NCBI GenBank assembly: GCA_963691875.1
Contig: OY829846.1
Span: 3,712,001-3,776,000 of the forward strand
Source: Aureliella sp.
Lineage (GTDB): Bacteria; Planctomycetota; Planctomycetia; Pirellulales; Pirellulaceae
Length of the DNA: 64,000 nucleotides
Direction of reading: 5' to 3'
In this document: positions 27,941-37,966 of the stretch, piece after piece
Position numbering within the stretch: position 1 is the first letter of the stretch
Layout of the letters: the number at the start of each line of letters is the position of its first letter
Program-made: the position numbers and the translations under genes
The notes under the pieces: generated by a model
What the model was told of the DNA's origin: nothing
The model's database searches: none
The model's input: the letters and a program-made list of their open reading frames with translations, nothing else

Positions 27941-30406
27941 ATGAAAACTAGATTCACTCCCTTAGCGCCTTTGTATTTGTTCGGCTGGATGTTGGTCTCC
28001 GCCCTCACGCCCGTGTCGCTTGCGAGCGATAAGGAAGGCGCGGCCAAAGGAGAAGCAACCAATTCCACCAACGCTCGGCTTCATCGACCGCTTCCGGAGT
28101 CGTTAACCAGCTTTGGTGCAGCCGTACAAGGTGAATACTTGTACGTGTTTAGCGGCCACAGCGGCGAAGCTCACGGTTTCGGAAAAGACTTGCTCGTCGA
28201 CCACTTCCGTCGGATTCGATTCGACGATCCAGCTGCAGAATGGGAAGAACTGGCGATGCACGAGCCTGCTCAAAGCGTAGCGCTCGTCAGCGACGATGAG
28301 TATCTCTACCGTATTGCCGGCTTGAGCTTTCTCAATGGTGAAGGCGATTCTGAGACGAACTTCAACTCGACGACTCACTTCGCTCGTTATGACGTTAAGA
28401 AAAATGAATGGACGGCACTGGCCGACCTTCCAGCCCCTCGCTCTTCACTGGACGCAGCTGTTCTGGATCGCTGTGTCTATGTGGCTGGGGGCTGGAATCT
28501 GCAGGGCTCCTCATCGCGAAGTGCACCTTGGCATGAGGATATCCTGTGCTTCGACCTTGATAATCCCGAGGCTGGTTGGAAGAGCTTGCCGGGTCCTGGA
28601 TACAAAACACGTGCTCTTTCAGTTGCGGCCCATGAAGGCAAGTTGTTTGTGATCGGTGGCATGCAGGAACGTGGGATTTCGAAGAAGGTTTCAGTTTACG
28701 ATCCTTCCACAGAATCTTGGCACGAGGGCCCTGAGCTTCCGGCTGACAGTCCGATGCAAGGTTTCGCCACATCTTCTTTTGCGGTTGGTGGGCAGCTTTA
28801 CATTACTGGGAATTCCGGAGTCGTTTATCGGCTGGGCGAACAGGATTGGGAGGTCGTTCAACGCCTCTTATTCCCTCGTATGTTCTTGCGATTGCTGCCA
28901 GTGGGCGAAGATCGCCTAATTGCTCTTGGCGGCACAGGATCTATCGGACGAACTGGTGTTGTTGAATCACTGTCGGTGAATCCTGAGATAGCTGCTGGTG
29001 TCAATCAGGCAAACTGGTCCGTTGAGTTCGGTGGCAAGGCAAAACATAGCCAGGCACTCGCACTTCGAGGTGGCAAGCTGTATGCAATGGGAGGCAATGC
29101 AAGCTGGCAAGCACACGATTTCTCTGAGAAGGCATTTGTCGACGAAGCATTCGTGTTCGACCTTGGAAATAAGACCGCCAAAGCACTGCCCAACATGCCG
29201 CGAGCTTTGCAAGGCAGTGCTGCAGTCATTCACTCGCAGACCAGCGAGCACAGCTCAGTCCTTGTTGCCGGTGGACTCGGGTACGGTGGTGGCCCAAAGA
29301 AAAACAATCTCGACTATTTAAATAGCGTCTACTCGTTTGACCTGGAATCGGAAGAGTGGACCCAGTCGGAGCAAGAGTTGCCCAATCCACGGGCTATGTT
29401 TAACGCAACAGTTCATGAAGAAGCAATTTGGATGTTCGCGGGTTCCAGCGGTCGCGACCAGGGACTCGCTGTCTCTATTTTACATTGGTGGGGCGACGAG
29501 TCTGCTATCGCTCCGCTTCACAAAATCGAAATACCAACGCCAAGAAGATCTTTTGGCGGAGCCTTGCTCGACAATCACTATTACTTAGTCGGCGGTCTAG
29601 CCAGTGGAATGAAAATCGCGGAAAGCGTCGATGTGTTTGACCTTACCGAGCGCACTTGGAGCACCATCCCTGGGCCGAGCGTCCCACGAGTGTTCCCGAG
29701 CTTAACCAATTGCGCTGGCAAGCTTTACTTGCATGGCGGATTCACGAGAGCCGATGGGCACTTCATGCCTGCGGAGACGCTGGAAGTTTACGATTCCGAG
29801 TCGAAGCAATGGAGCGCCATCGAAGGTGTGACTGGCATCCGTTCCGGAATGAGCATGCTCAACTTCAATGACCGTCTGCTTTTCTTTGGCGTCAACGAAG
29901 ATGCCGAGGGAGTGGCTGACTTTGTGATAGTAGACCCAGAGCCTCAGGCTACACCTGAATCAGAAGGCATGAGCTTTGGGCGATCACTCGGACGTCGTGA
30001 CGACTCCAAAGAAACCGCGAAGATGCTGTTGCGGAAAGACGGTAACAAGGACGGCATGCTGGATCGCGAAGAGCTCGGATCACGCCTTGCTGATCTGGTC
30101 GCGAAGGGAGATGAGAACAACGACGAAAAGCTATCTGCGACCGAGATTCTGACTGCCCTAAAGGAGCCAGAAGCCGAGGAAGCGGAGACAGAGAAGAGAG
30201 AGACTAAATCCGCTGACGCGAGCGACACCGCAGAGTCTGCTGACGCGAAGCCTGCGGCCAAGACGACTCCCAAGGACTCAGCGAAGAGTATCAGCGATCT
30301 GTTGCAAGAGATCGAAAAGCTTGCCGAGCAGTCCAAGAAAGCCGCTTCGGAGGAGACGCAGCGCTCGCTCGTTGTCGTAAAGAGTCTTCAATCAGCCTCC
30401 AAGTAG
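27941..30406 (+). CDS. Exported double Kelch-repeat beta-propeller with EF-hand-like tail
   Basis: Signal peptide, many (L/I)Y(V/A)xGG...W repeats, and DGNKDGMLDREE and DENNDEKLSATE EF-hand-like loops. Confidence 0.85.
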   Translation: MKTRFTPLAPLYLFGWMLVSALTPVSLASDKEGAAKGEATNSTNARLHRPLPESLTSFGAAVQGEYLYVFSGHSGEAHGFGKDLLVDHFRRIRFDDPAAEWEELAMHEPAQSVALVSDDEYLYRIAGLSFLNGEGDSETNFNSTTHFARYDVKKNEWTALADLPAPRSSLDAAVLDRCVYVAGGWNLQGSSSRSAPWHEDILCFDLDNPEAGWKSLPGPGYKTRALSVAAHEGKLFVIGGMQERGISKKVSVYDPSTESWHEGPELPADSPMQGFATSSFAVGGQLYITGNSGVVYRLGEQDWEVVQRLLFPRMFLRLLPVGEDRLIALGGTGSIGRTGVVESLSVNPEIAAGVNQANWSVEFGGKAKHSQALALRGGKLYAMGGNASWQAHDFSEKAFVDEAFVFDLGNKTAKALPNMPRALQGSAAVIHSQTSEHSSVLVAGGLGYGGGPKKNNLDYLNSVYSFDLESEEWTQSEQELPNPRAMFNATVHEEAIWMFAGSSGRDQGLAVSILHWWGDESAIAPLHKIEIPTPRRSFGGALLDNHYYLVGGLASGMKIAESVDVFDLTERTWSTIPGPSVPRVFPSLTNCAGKLYLHGGFTRADGHFMPAETLEVYDSESKQWSAIEGVTGIRSGMSMLNFNDRLLFFGVNEDAEGVADFVIVDPEPQATPESEGMSFGRSLGRRDDSKETAKMLLRKDGNKDGMLDREELGSRLADLVAKGDENNDEKLSATEILTALKEPEAEEAETEKRETKSADASDTAESADAKPAAKTTPKDSAKSISDLLQEIEKLAEQSKKAASEETQRSLVVVKSLQSASK

Positions 30407-30431
30407 AACAACATTGAATAGGTCCGGTTTC

Positions 30432-31919
30432 ATGATTCAAAAAGTCCTTCGCTTCGCCCTTCTGCTGGTCGCCCTTCCCTGTGCGGCAGACGAGTTTCAA
30501 TTCCACCACGAGAATGTCCTTGGGACCTCTTGTGAGATCACGCTTCACTGCGAGAGACAAGAGGATGCAATCGCAGCTGAAAAAGTCGCTTTGGCAGAGA
30601 TCGATCGACTTACCAAGATTCTGAGCGGATACGACGCAGACTCGGAGTGGAGCAAGCGGCTTTGCGAGCAGGGTTCGACCAAAGTCCTATCGGTTTCTCA
30701 GGAGCTAAGAGAAGTTCTAGAACAGGGCGAACAACTAAGACAGCAAACAGCCGGAGCTTTTGACTTCCGAGCCGGTGCGTTGTCCAAGCTATGGAGATCT
30801 ACCGCGGAAGAAAACCGAGTCCCGACAGCAACGGAGCGGGCGGCCGTGACATCGGGGCTAGCGACCGCACCTTATGAACTCACCGAAGCCGGTCTCCGCT
30901 GGAATACCGAGTCGAATCTATCGACCGATGGACTCGCAAAAGGCTATGTGATCGATCAGGTTGCACAGCGTTTGATTGAAATGAAAACCGTCACAGGATG
31001 TTGTGTGAACATCGGTGGTGATCTAAAAGTAGTAGGCGATGCGAAAGCATCGGTCTCTATCGAAAATCCCTTCCGACCCATGGAAGGAGCGGCGCCCCTG
31101 CAAGGCATATGTAGTGAGGAAGTTGCTGTATCCACCAGTGGCAACTACCGCAGGATCATTACAGTCGCAGGGCGCCGTTTCTCTCACATCCTCGATCCAC
31201 GCAGCGGAATGCCCGTGGACCACGTCGTTAGCGCGACGGTCATCGCTCCTTCAGCCAGTGCTAGCGATGCACTGGCGACCGCGTTTTCCGTCATGCCTGT
31301 CGCAAACAGTCTAAAACTTGCTGAGGAGCTGGACAAAACCGAGTGCTTTTTGGTACTCGCCAGCGGCGAGACGAGGTTCAGCAAAGGCTGGCCAACGGCG
31401 GGTGCTCCCAAGTATATCACTCGAGAGAAAGAGGCGAAGGAAGGCTTGATCGTCGACTTTAAGATCAACCGTCCCAAGGGCCGGAGATATCGACGTCCCT
31501 ATGTCGCGGTCTGGCTGGAAGACAAAGACGGCTTTCCCGTGAAAACTTCTATTCTTTGGATGCAAACCGATCAGCCAGGTCCACGCTGGCACCGTGATCT
31601 GACTCGCTGGTATCGCAATGATCGCCTCCGCAAGACCGTGGAAAAGACCAATTTGATCGAAACGATATCTGGTGCAACGCGTGGCCCAGGAACCTATCAG
31701 GCTGTCTTCGATGGAAAAGATAATGCTGGCAAAGTATTGGAGCCGGCGACATACACACTTTGTCTAGAAGTAGCTCGAGAACACGGTACATATCAAATCA
31801 TCCGCAAAAAGATTGAGATCGGTGAGAAAGCGATCGAGAAGACCGAGCTGGAAGGCAATGTAGAGATGGGAGATGTCTCCTTTTCATATGTGCCGCCGAT
31901 TACCCAGAAAATTCAATGA
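30432..31919 (+). CDS. apbE: FAD:protein FMN transferase ApbE fused to a C-terminal DUF2271 domain
   Basis: ApbE motifs DGLAKGY, NIGGD, STSGNYRR, HILDPRSG and SDALATA; DUF2271 motifs RPYVAVW, ISGATR and EVAREHG. Confidence 0.9.
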   Translation: MIQKVLRFALLLVALPCAADEFQFHHENVLGTSCEITLHCERQEDAIAAEKVALAEIDRLTKILSGYDADSEWSKRLCEQGSTKVLSVSQELREVLEQGEQLRQQTAGAFDFRAGALSKLWRSTAEENRVPTATERAAVTSGLATAPYELTEAGLRWNTESNLSTDGLAKGYVIDQVAQRLIEMKTVTGCCVNIGGDLKVVGDAKASVSIENPFRPMEGAAPLQGICSEEVAVSTSGNYRRIITVAGRRFSHILDPRSGMPVDHVVSATVIAPSASASDALATAFSVMPVANSLKLAEELDKTECFLVLASGETRFSKGWPTAGAPKYITREKEAKEGLIVDFKINRPKGRRYRRPYVAVWLEDKDGFPVKTSILWMQTDQPGPRWHRDLTRWYRNDRLRKTVEKTNLIETISGATRGPGTYQAVFDGKDNAGKVLEPATYTLCLEVAREHGTYQIIRKKIEIGEKAIEKTELEGNVEMGDVSFSYVPPITQKIQ

Positions 31920-32590
31920 GCTCTTCGGTTGCAACCTCGCCGACGCGTTCCAATCAGGGGTCTGGCGGCGCAAGTCGTCGGCTGGGCAATAAGCGTTGGC
32001 TCTACCAAAAGAGTGCCGCCGCCTTCCGCTGGGTACATATTTATGTGTCCATGCTCAGCTTCGCCTCGTTGATGTTTTTTGCGTTCACGGGGATAACGCT
32101 GAACCATCCCACTTGGCTGGGTGGCAGCGATCAGGTCATACGAGATGAGTCCGGTGAGCTGCCTGGACATTTGAAGAAGGCGCTGAGCGTCGAGCCGCTC
32201 GACGAGCTGGGGATCGCCGAGTGGCTTCGAGCTGAGCATCGTTTAAAGGGCTATGTCGCCGAGTTTACCGATGATGAATTCGAGCTCATGGTCGTCTACA
32301 AGGGGCCGGGCTACTCGGCGGATGTGTTTGTCACGAGAGATACGGGTGAGTACATGCTCACCAAGTCAGAGTCGAGCTTCATTGCCGTGCTAAATGATCT
32401 TCACAAGGGTCGCGATAGCGGTCCAGGGTGGGCGATCCTGATCGATGTGTCAGCCATCGTGATGATGGTGATGTCGGTATCTGGGTTTGGCTTGTTGCTA
32501 TACCTGAAACGCCGCAGATTCATAGGTTTGATAGTCGCAGCGATCGGGACGATCGCAATGCTCACCGCTTGGTTGTTATTTGTTAGTTGA
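31916..32590 (+). CDS. PepSY-associated TM helix protein
   Basis: RWVHIYVS, FTGITLNH and NDLHKGRD with conserved TM histidines; overlaps the apbE stop codon. Confidence 0.88.
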   Translation: MSSSVATSPTRSNQGSGGASRRLGNKRWLYQKSAAAFRWVHIYVSMLSFASLMFFAFTGITLNHPTWLGGSDQVIRDESGELPGHLKKALSVEPLDELGIAEWLRAEHRLKGYVAEFTDDEFELMVVYKGPGYSADVFVTRDTGEYMLTKSESSFIAVLNDLHKGRDSGPGWAILIDVSAIVMMVMSVSGFGLLLYLKRRRFIGLIVAAIGTIAMLTAWLLFVS

Positions 32591-32882
32591 TGTTAGGAAC
32601 GGGATGTTGGGTTCAGTTTTAGAAGAGAAGAGTACCAAAGTGGAAGAAGTGGTCGTCAAACAACTGCGACTCGCTGCCGAAGAGTGCAGCAACGAGCTCA
32701 GAGCTTGGTGCGAAGCGGAGCTGCAGGTAGTCTCCGGCGAGTGTTTCCTGATCCTTGAAGACAGGCAAATGCACTTGTGCGAGGGCGCAGTCGTTAAGCT
32801 TCCAAAGTATGAGCCTCATCACATCCAAGCTATCGATGGTGAAGTTGAGCTAGAAGTCTTATTGAGGACGCAAAATGTCTGA
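32580..32882 (+). CDS. Small cupin-fold protein (start uncertain)
   Basis: LQVVSGEC...LCEGAVVKLPKYEPHHIQA resembles a cupin barrel. Confidence 0.55.
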   Translation: MLVDVRNGMLGSVLEEKSTKVEEVVVKQLRLAAEECSNELRAWCEAELQVVSGECFLILEDRQMHLCEGAVVKLPKYEPHHIQAIDGEVELEVLLRTQNV

Positions 32883-33072
32883 GCCTGATCCAGAAAGGAA
32901 ACAGGACATTTCCGAAAAGGCGGTTCATCCCATTCGCATTGATAAGCGAGGGATGTTCGTTTTCCAATTCGATGACCTTTGTAAAGAACAACCCGCGATT
33001 CTGCTTGAACAAGACGGCATTTTGTACGAGCTGAGGAAAACTCGAAATGGGAAGCTGGTGCTGAGTCGTTAG
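32875..33072 (+). CDS. hemP: Hemin uptake protein HemP family
   Basis: C-terminal LLEQDGILYELRKTRNGKLVLSR matches the HemP signature Y-x-LR-x-TR-x-GKL-x-L. Confidence 0.8.
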   Translation: MSEPDPERKQDISEKAVHPIRIDKRGMFVFQFDDLCKEQPAILLEQDGILYELRKTRNGKLVLSR

Positions 33073-33286
33073 GCAAGACGCGACAAAGAACCCAACTGGT
33101 CGAGTTGAGCCGATGTCTAGATTTATGAGCAACCACAGCCCGAAGCGTCAGCGAGGACAAGCTGTTTTGTTCGCCTCGTTTGCGACTTCGGGGTTTTGAA
33201 GAGCCCGCAACTCGGGCCATGTTGATTGTGCGAGGGAAGTTTGTTTTCGGACACACACTCTGCAGATCGCCTTAGGAAGAACCGCA

Positions 33287-34033
33287 ATGCAAAAAGAGAG
33301 TACCGTTGAGTCGGAACGAATAGAGCTATTGAGCAACGTTGCCGTACTGATATGCACCAACCGCTGGGATGTAGCTCTGCAAGTCATGGTTGGCATCACC
33401 CAAGAGCGCCCTGACTCAGGACCCGCCTGGGAGTTGCGAGGGTTGCTCGAATCGCATTTGGGATTTGTTTCTGCAGCGGTTTCATCGCTCGAGCAAGCGT
33501 CGCTGTTGGTTCCTTTGCAGCCACTTGCATCCCGTTGCCTGGCTCTGGATTACATAAGCCAGGATAGGCATCGCCTAGGCGTCGAGTTACTGGTTTCGCT
33601 GGCGCGAGCACAGCAAGATCCATACTTTGTCAGACGAATCAACTACGATCTGCTTAAGCTATCGGAGTACCAAGCTTCGCATCAAATGTTGACAGAGTCG
33701 CTGGCATGTGTCGACAGTGCGTTGTTGTGGCACGAACTGAGTGCGACTTTGTCGAAACTCAATCGTCCAGCGGAAGAATCCTTGTCCGCAGCAATGCGAG
33801 CTATCTCTCTATCGCCAGACTTTGCGAGTTATCGGGTCACTGCCGCTAGTTTGTTAGTGACCATGAACGAAGCCGATGATGCTTTCTATCTTGTGCGAGA
33901 TCTCTCGGCCAAGCAGATCCAAGAGCTCGATTGCTCATGCTGCCTATGGCGTCTCATTCATATCTACAACTGTTTCGATAGCGATGAACGAGTCCGTCTT
34001 TGCTACTCTCGGCTACACGAATTGAGCCTTTAG
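33287..34033 (+). CDS. TPR-like protein with a C-terminal CxCC motif (paralog of 24660-25472)
   Basis: GPAWELRGLL, LEQASLLVPL and LDCSCCLWR. Confidence 0.72.
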   Translation: MQKESTVESERIELLSNVAVLICTNRWDVALQVMVGITQERPDSGPAWELRGLLESHLGFVSAAVSSLEQASLLVPLQPLASRCLALDYISQDRHRLGVELLVSLARAQQDPYFVRRINYDLLKLSEYQASHQMLTESLACVDSALLWHELSATLSKLNRPAEESLSAAMRAISLSPDFASYRVTAASLLVTMNEADDAFYLVRDLSAKQIQELDCSCCLWRLIHIYNCFDSDERVRLCYSRLHELSL

Positions 34034-34242
34034 ATTGTCGCTGAAAGCATCTTTGCTGCGAAAATTCGGCACGATCCGATTACATCACGAAAAGTTTAGC
34101 CAATAGCCGTAGCAATGAATCGCGGCGGCAAAGATAATTGTCGCGATCTGCTGATGGGCTTTATCCTCAGCATCTTGCTAAACCTCGCAACGCAGCCTCC
34201 TATTAGCAGCTGCGAATCGCAACTATTCGTGGGAAGAATGCA

Positions 34243-35238
34243 ATGTCGCGCCTTGTCTGCAACCTAGCTTTTATCAGTATCGTGCTTGGTACCGTGATGC
34301 CGATCGCACAAGCCCAAGAGGCTCGAAGCTACGCTCCGCTTCCATTCGAGATCACGAGCTTTGGCGCGGCTCGCGTTAGTGATCACATCTTCACTTACGG
34401 TGGTCACACTGGAGCGGCTCACTCTTACTCGACAGAAGAGCAGTCCAATCAGCTGCAGGCGCTCGACCTCACTGATCCCGAAGCCAAATGGGAGAAGATC
34501 GCCGAAGGCAAACGGCTTCAGGGGCTCGCGATGGTGCCTCACGGCAACAAACTGATTATCCTCGGCGGTTTTTCTGCACTTAACAAGAGCGGCGACGAGC
34601 ACGATTTGCACTCGCAAACATCGGTTACTGCCTATTCGTTAGCCCAAAAGAAGTGGCGCGATCTACCGGCCTTGCCAGAAGGTCGATCCAGTCACGATGC
34701 GGCGATTCTAGAGGGCACCATCTATGCAGTTGGTGGTTGGACGATGGCTGGAGAGAAAGACACCGTATGGCATACGACAGCTTTGAAGCTCAACTTGAAT
34801 GACATCGAAGCTGGTTGGCAAGAGATCGCTAAGCCGCCTTTTCAGCGCCGAGCCCTCGCCGTTGTGGCTCACGCGGGAAAGATCTACGTGCTCGGTGGCA
34901 TGGACAAGAAGGGCGGCCCGACAAAAGAAGTTCAGGTCTACGATCCCAAGTCCGATTCTTGGTCTAAAGGACCACAATTGGCTGGTGATGGACGTATGGC
35001 TGGCTTCGGCGCGGCGGGTTGGAGCGTTGGAGGAAAGTTGATCGCCAACACTTACGAAGGCAAGCTCTTGCAACTCGCGGATGACGGCAAGACCTGGGAA
35101 GACCTTGGTACAACCGAAGAGAGCCGCTTCTTCCATCGTCTGGTTCCGCTAACTAACTCAAGTTTGATCTCGCTCGGTGGAGCTAACATGGAGATCGGCA
35201 AGTTCTTAAATCTAGAAGTGATTAAGCTGGAGCAGTAG
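34243..35238 (+). CDS. Exported Kelch-repeat protein
   Basis: Signal peptide and six Kelch repeats; similar to the first propeller of 27941-30406 (TSFGAA, GGH/SGH-x-G-x-AH). Confidence 0.88.
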   Translation: MSRLVCNLAFISIVLGTVMPIAQAQEARSYAPLPFEITSFGAARVSDHIFTYGGHTGAAHSYSTEEQSNQLQALDLTDPEAKWEKIAEGKRLQGLAMVPHGNKLIILGGFSALNKSGDEHDLHSQTSVTAYSLAQKKWRDLPALPEGRSSHDAAILEGTIYAVGGWTMAGEKDTVWHTTALKLNLNDIEAGWQEIAKPPFQRRALAVVAHAGKIYVLGGMDKKGGPTKEVQVYDPKSDSWSKGPQLAGDGRMAGFGAAGWSVGGKLIANTYEGKLLQLADDGKTWEDLGTTEESRFFHRLVPLTNSSLISLGGANMEIGKFLNLEVIKLEQ

Positions 35239-35279
35239 GCTGCATAGCGAGCTCTCGGCGGCAACATAAGACAGAAAAA

Positions 35280-35341
35280 CCGTCGTGTGCAACCCAACTT
35301 CTCTGCTCTACTAAGCAGGTCAGTAGTATTGCACACAACGG
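35280..35341. terminator. Inverted repeat between convergent genes
   Basis: Arms CCGTCGTGTGCAA and TTGCACACAACGG with one mismatch. Confidence 0.45.
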
Positions 35342-35344
35342 GTT

Positions 35345-37477
35345 CTACACCTCTGTAAAAAACGGAGTAATTGCCTCCCAGTACTCAGTCAGGTCTTCGG
35401 GCAACTGGTTGCTTCCGGGATCGTCATCGCCTTCTGGTGAATCTGTCCTCGGCCCATCGTCACGGAGGCCACGCTCCTCACGGCGAGCATGGTCACGAGC
35501 GAGCATGTCCAAGGCCGAATCGTTCGGCGAAAGCCTGCCATCCATCCTGCGGTCGACATCTTCCTGCATAATCTGATCAACAGCTAGCTGATCATAGCGG
35601 AGCCTGCCGCCGCCATCATCCACGCCTGGTCTCGATGCGAACGCGGATAGATCGAAGCCTGCCAACTGATTAGCCCGCGGATCACGAGGACGATCATCGC
35701 CCGGTCCTTGACCGCCTGACCCGGGGCCATTCGAGTTTTCTCCGTTGTTTGGCCTGGAAACGACAAACTCAGAAGCGACCGACGATGCAACAGCTTGGCC
35801 AACCTCTTGGCCGACGAGGTCATCGAAATCGAAGTGAATCCCAAGGAACACGCGGCTGCGCCCGTTCTCAGCCATGGCTTCAGTCAACGAAGCGAAGGAA
35901 CGAGTTGTGTCTTCCAAGTCGAGACCGTAGGCGGACTCAAGCTCTGGATTATTGGCAATGATCTCCAATTCACGCGACGTCAAGTCAAAGGCGATGTCAT
36001 CCGTCCCATAGAAGTCACGAACTGCGCCGAAGAGTGCTCCGCCAAAGGTAGCGTGACCTGAAATATAGGTCGGGAACTGTGGAGTAAACCCAACAATGTC
36101 ATCGCCTCCGTCCGGTGCTCCAATCGCAGTCCATTCGGCATCGCCTTCCGTCAAAGGATTGCCATCCTCGTCACCTTGGTGGATCGCCGTGACGGGCCGC
36201 CAGAGCTGCTCGCCGAACTTGGACTGCCAAGCAACGATGCCAGCGTCTGCCATCGCAACAGAGGCCTGCGCGAATAGCACCGCGTTTTCGTGGAAGCTGT
36301 TTTCTTCTTGCTGGGCGATCGTTTCCAATACATCACCGAACAAAGCCATCGGTGTTCCTAGCCCAATTCGGTCATAGGCCCAGAAAATTCCTGCTTCCAA
36401 CTCGTCAGCTGTTCGAGTGGCGCTATCAACGGAGCCTAACTCTTTGACTTCGTTATACGATTCGGCGTACTCAGCCGTCGTGATATCCGGTGGACTGTCT
36501 GGCACGTATTCGGCTGCTGCTGAAATCGAGAATGGATCGACCTTACCCCAAGCTGGTCCCCAGACTGGAACATCTGGGTTCAGCGGATCGGGCTGGAAGT
36601 ATCCTGCGTCATCGTAGTAGGTGTAGTCGCCGATTTCCTCCGAACCATCGTCGGCTCGGGCTGCTAGAATCTGGCTTCCGATTTCATTGCCTAGTTCGAT
36701 GCTATCCGCCGTTACGGGTGAGCGCTGGAAACGATCGAAGAATCCCTGACGGAAAGAATCAATCATTTCCTGCTGGTCTGAGTACAGAGAACTCAGCACC
36801 GAATAGGCAGCCTGAGAAGCCGCTATTTCTGGCCGCACTTTCGCATCAAGATTCACCTCTGGGCCGTATTTATAGAAAGTATCTTCCGAGTTGCCCGAGG
36901 CCAGCGTGACGGCGTCGTAGATCGCCAGATTCAGAATGGCCATCGCTCGAGAAGCATAACCTGGATTCTGATCGATCTCATTGGCAACGAGTAGCTCACC
37001 GAACAAGTCATTCCATTCAATAACCGCGTGTGTATGCTGCCGCATTTCGCCGTCGTCGGGACGATCATTCATGGGACGGTCGTCACCAGGGCGGCCCGCA
37101 CGGTCAGCGTCTGGATTCTCGTTGGCTAGGTCGTCTCCATTGGCTGCTCTATTCAGTCGATTCATCACGAGCAGTGCATCCAAAGCAGTCTCGTGGCCAT
37201 CGTTATTGACGTCTGTCCTTCGACCTGGACCGCGATTGTCCTCCGATTCACCTCGGCTACGACGATTGAGATTGTCGATCAAGACAAACGCATCTGCGGG
37301 TGAGACAAAACCGTCTTCGGTGACATCCTCGGGCATGAAATCATTATGGAAGAGGTTTCCGGCAAGCAATTGGCGATTCTCCAACTGCTCAGTTCGGAGT
37401 TGGCGTTTCTGAGAAGTCCGTCTCGTTCTCTTTGCAGATTGGAGACGCCTGATACGACGATTACGTGACTGGGACAT
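35345..37477 (-). CDS. Exported vanadium-dependent haloperoxidase/PAP2-fold protein with dockerin-like repeats
   Basis: Planctomycete export motif QLRTEQLENRQLLAG, two DxxxDG dockerin-like loops, and active-site motifs K-x6-RP (KFGEQLWRP), YISGH and SR-x5-H-x3-D (SRVFLGIHFDFD). Confidence 0.85.
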   Translation of the reverse strand: MSQSRNRRIRRLQSAKRTRRTSQKRQLRTEQLENRQLLAGNLFHNDFMPEDVTEDGFVSPADAFVLIDNLNRRSRGESEDNRGPGRRTDVNNDGHETALDALLVMNRLNRAANGDDLANENPDADRAGRPGDDRPMNDRPDDGEMRQHTHAVIEWNDLFGELLVANEIDQNPGYASRAMAILNLAIYDAVTLASGNSEDTFYKYGPEVNLDAKVRPEIAASQAAYSVLSSLYSDQQEMIDSFRQGFFDRFQRSPVTADSIELGNEIGSQILAARADDGSEEIGDYTYYDDAGYFQPDPLNPDVPVWGPAWGKVDPFSISAAAEYVPDSPPDITTAEYAESYNEVKELGSVDSATRTADELEAGIFWAYDRIGLGTPMALFGDVLETIAQQEENSFHENAVLFAQASVAMADAGIVAWQSKFGEQLWRPVTAIHQGDEDGNPLTEGDAEWTAIGAPDGGDDIVGFTPQFPTYISGHATFGGALFGAVRDFYGTDDIAFDLTSRELEIIANNPELESAYGLDLEDTTRSFASLTEAMAENGRSRVFLGIHFDFDDLVGQEVGQAVASSVASEFVVSRPNNGENSNGPGSGGQGPGDDRPRDPRANQLAGFDLSAFASRPGVDDGGGRLRYDQLAVDQIMQEDVDRRMDGRLSPNDSALDMLARDHARREERGLRDDGPRTDSPEGDDDPGSNQLPEDLTEYWEAITPFFTEV

Positions 37478-37848
37478 AGCACACCTCAGCGCTGACGAGA
37501 AAAGAAGAGAAGAGAGAAGTGTGGAGTCACTCACACTACCCTACCACAAAAGTTCCGAAACAAATCCTGTTTGTCGCCCAGAAATCGCGAAAAAAACGAA
37601 TACTAAAAAGATCAGAAAACCAACCATTTTCGGTGGCGCGGTTCTCTGAGATGTCCCCTTCGAGGAAAAGGCCTTGGTATGAAACCTGCCGAATGCACAT
37701 CGCAAGAATGACGCAGCAAGCGTTTCAGCAACTCGTAGATCTGGAGGCTGACGCTTTAGATAGAAAGAGCAAATAGATGGATAGGATTTGCAAGTCGGTA
37801 GCGATGCGTCCGAAGCGCACACTGATATGTGAGCAAATTAACAGGTAT

Positions 37849-37867
37849 TGGGATTCGCCAGAATCCC
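37849..37867. repeat. REP-like palindrome copy 3
   Basis: TGGGATTCGCCAGAATCCC, intergenic. Confidence 0.6.
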
Positions 37868-37966
37868 TCTGATGGTTTTCTTTTGCTCTGAAAAAGCCCA
37901 GACTTCGCCTAGCGATCGGTAGCATATGCCGACGGGGCCCGTAACCTCGCCCACTAAGAGAGAGTA

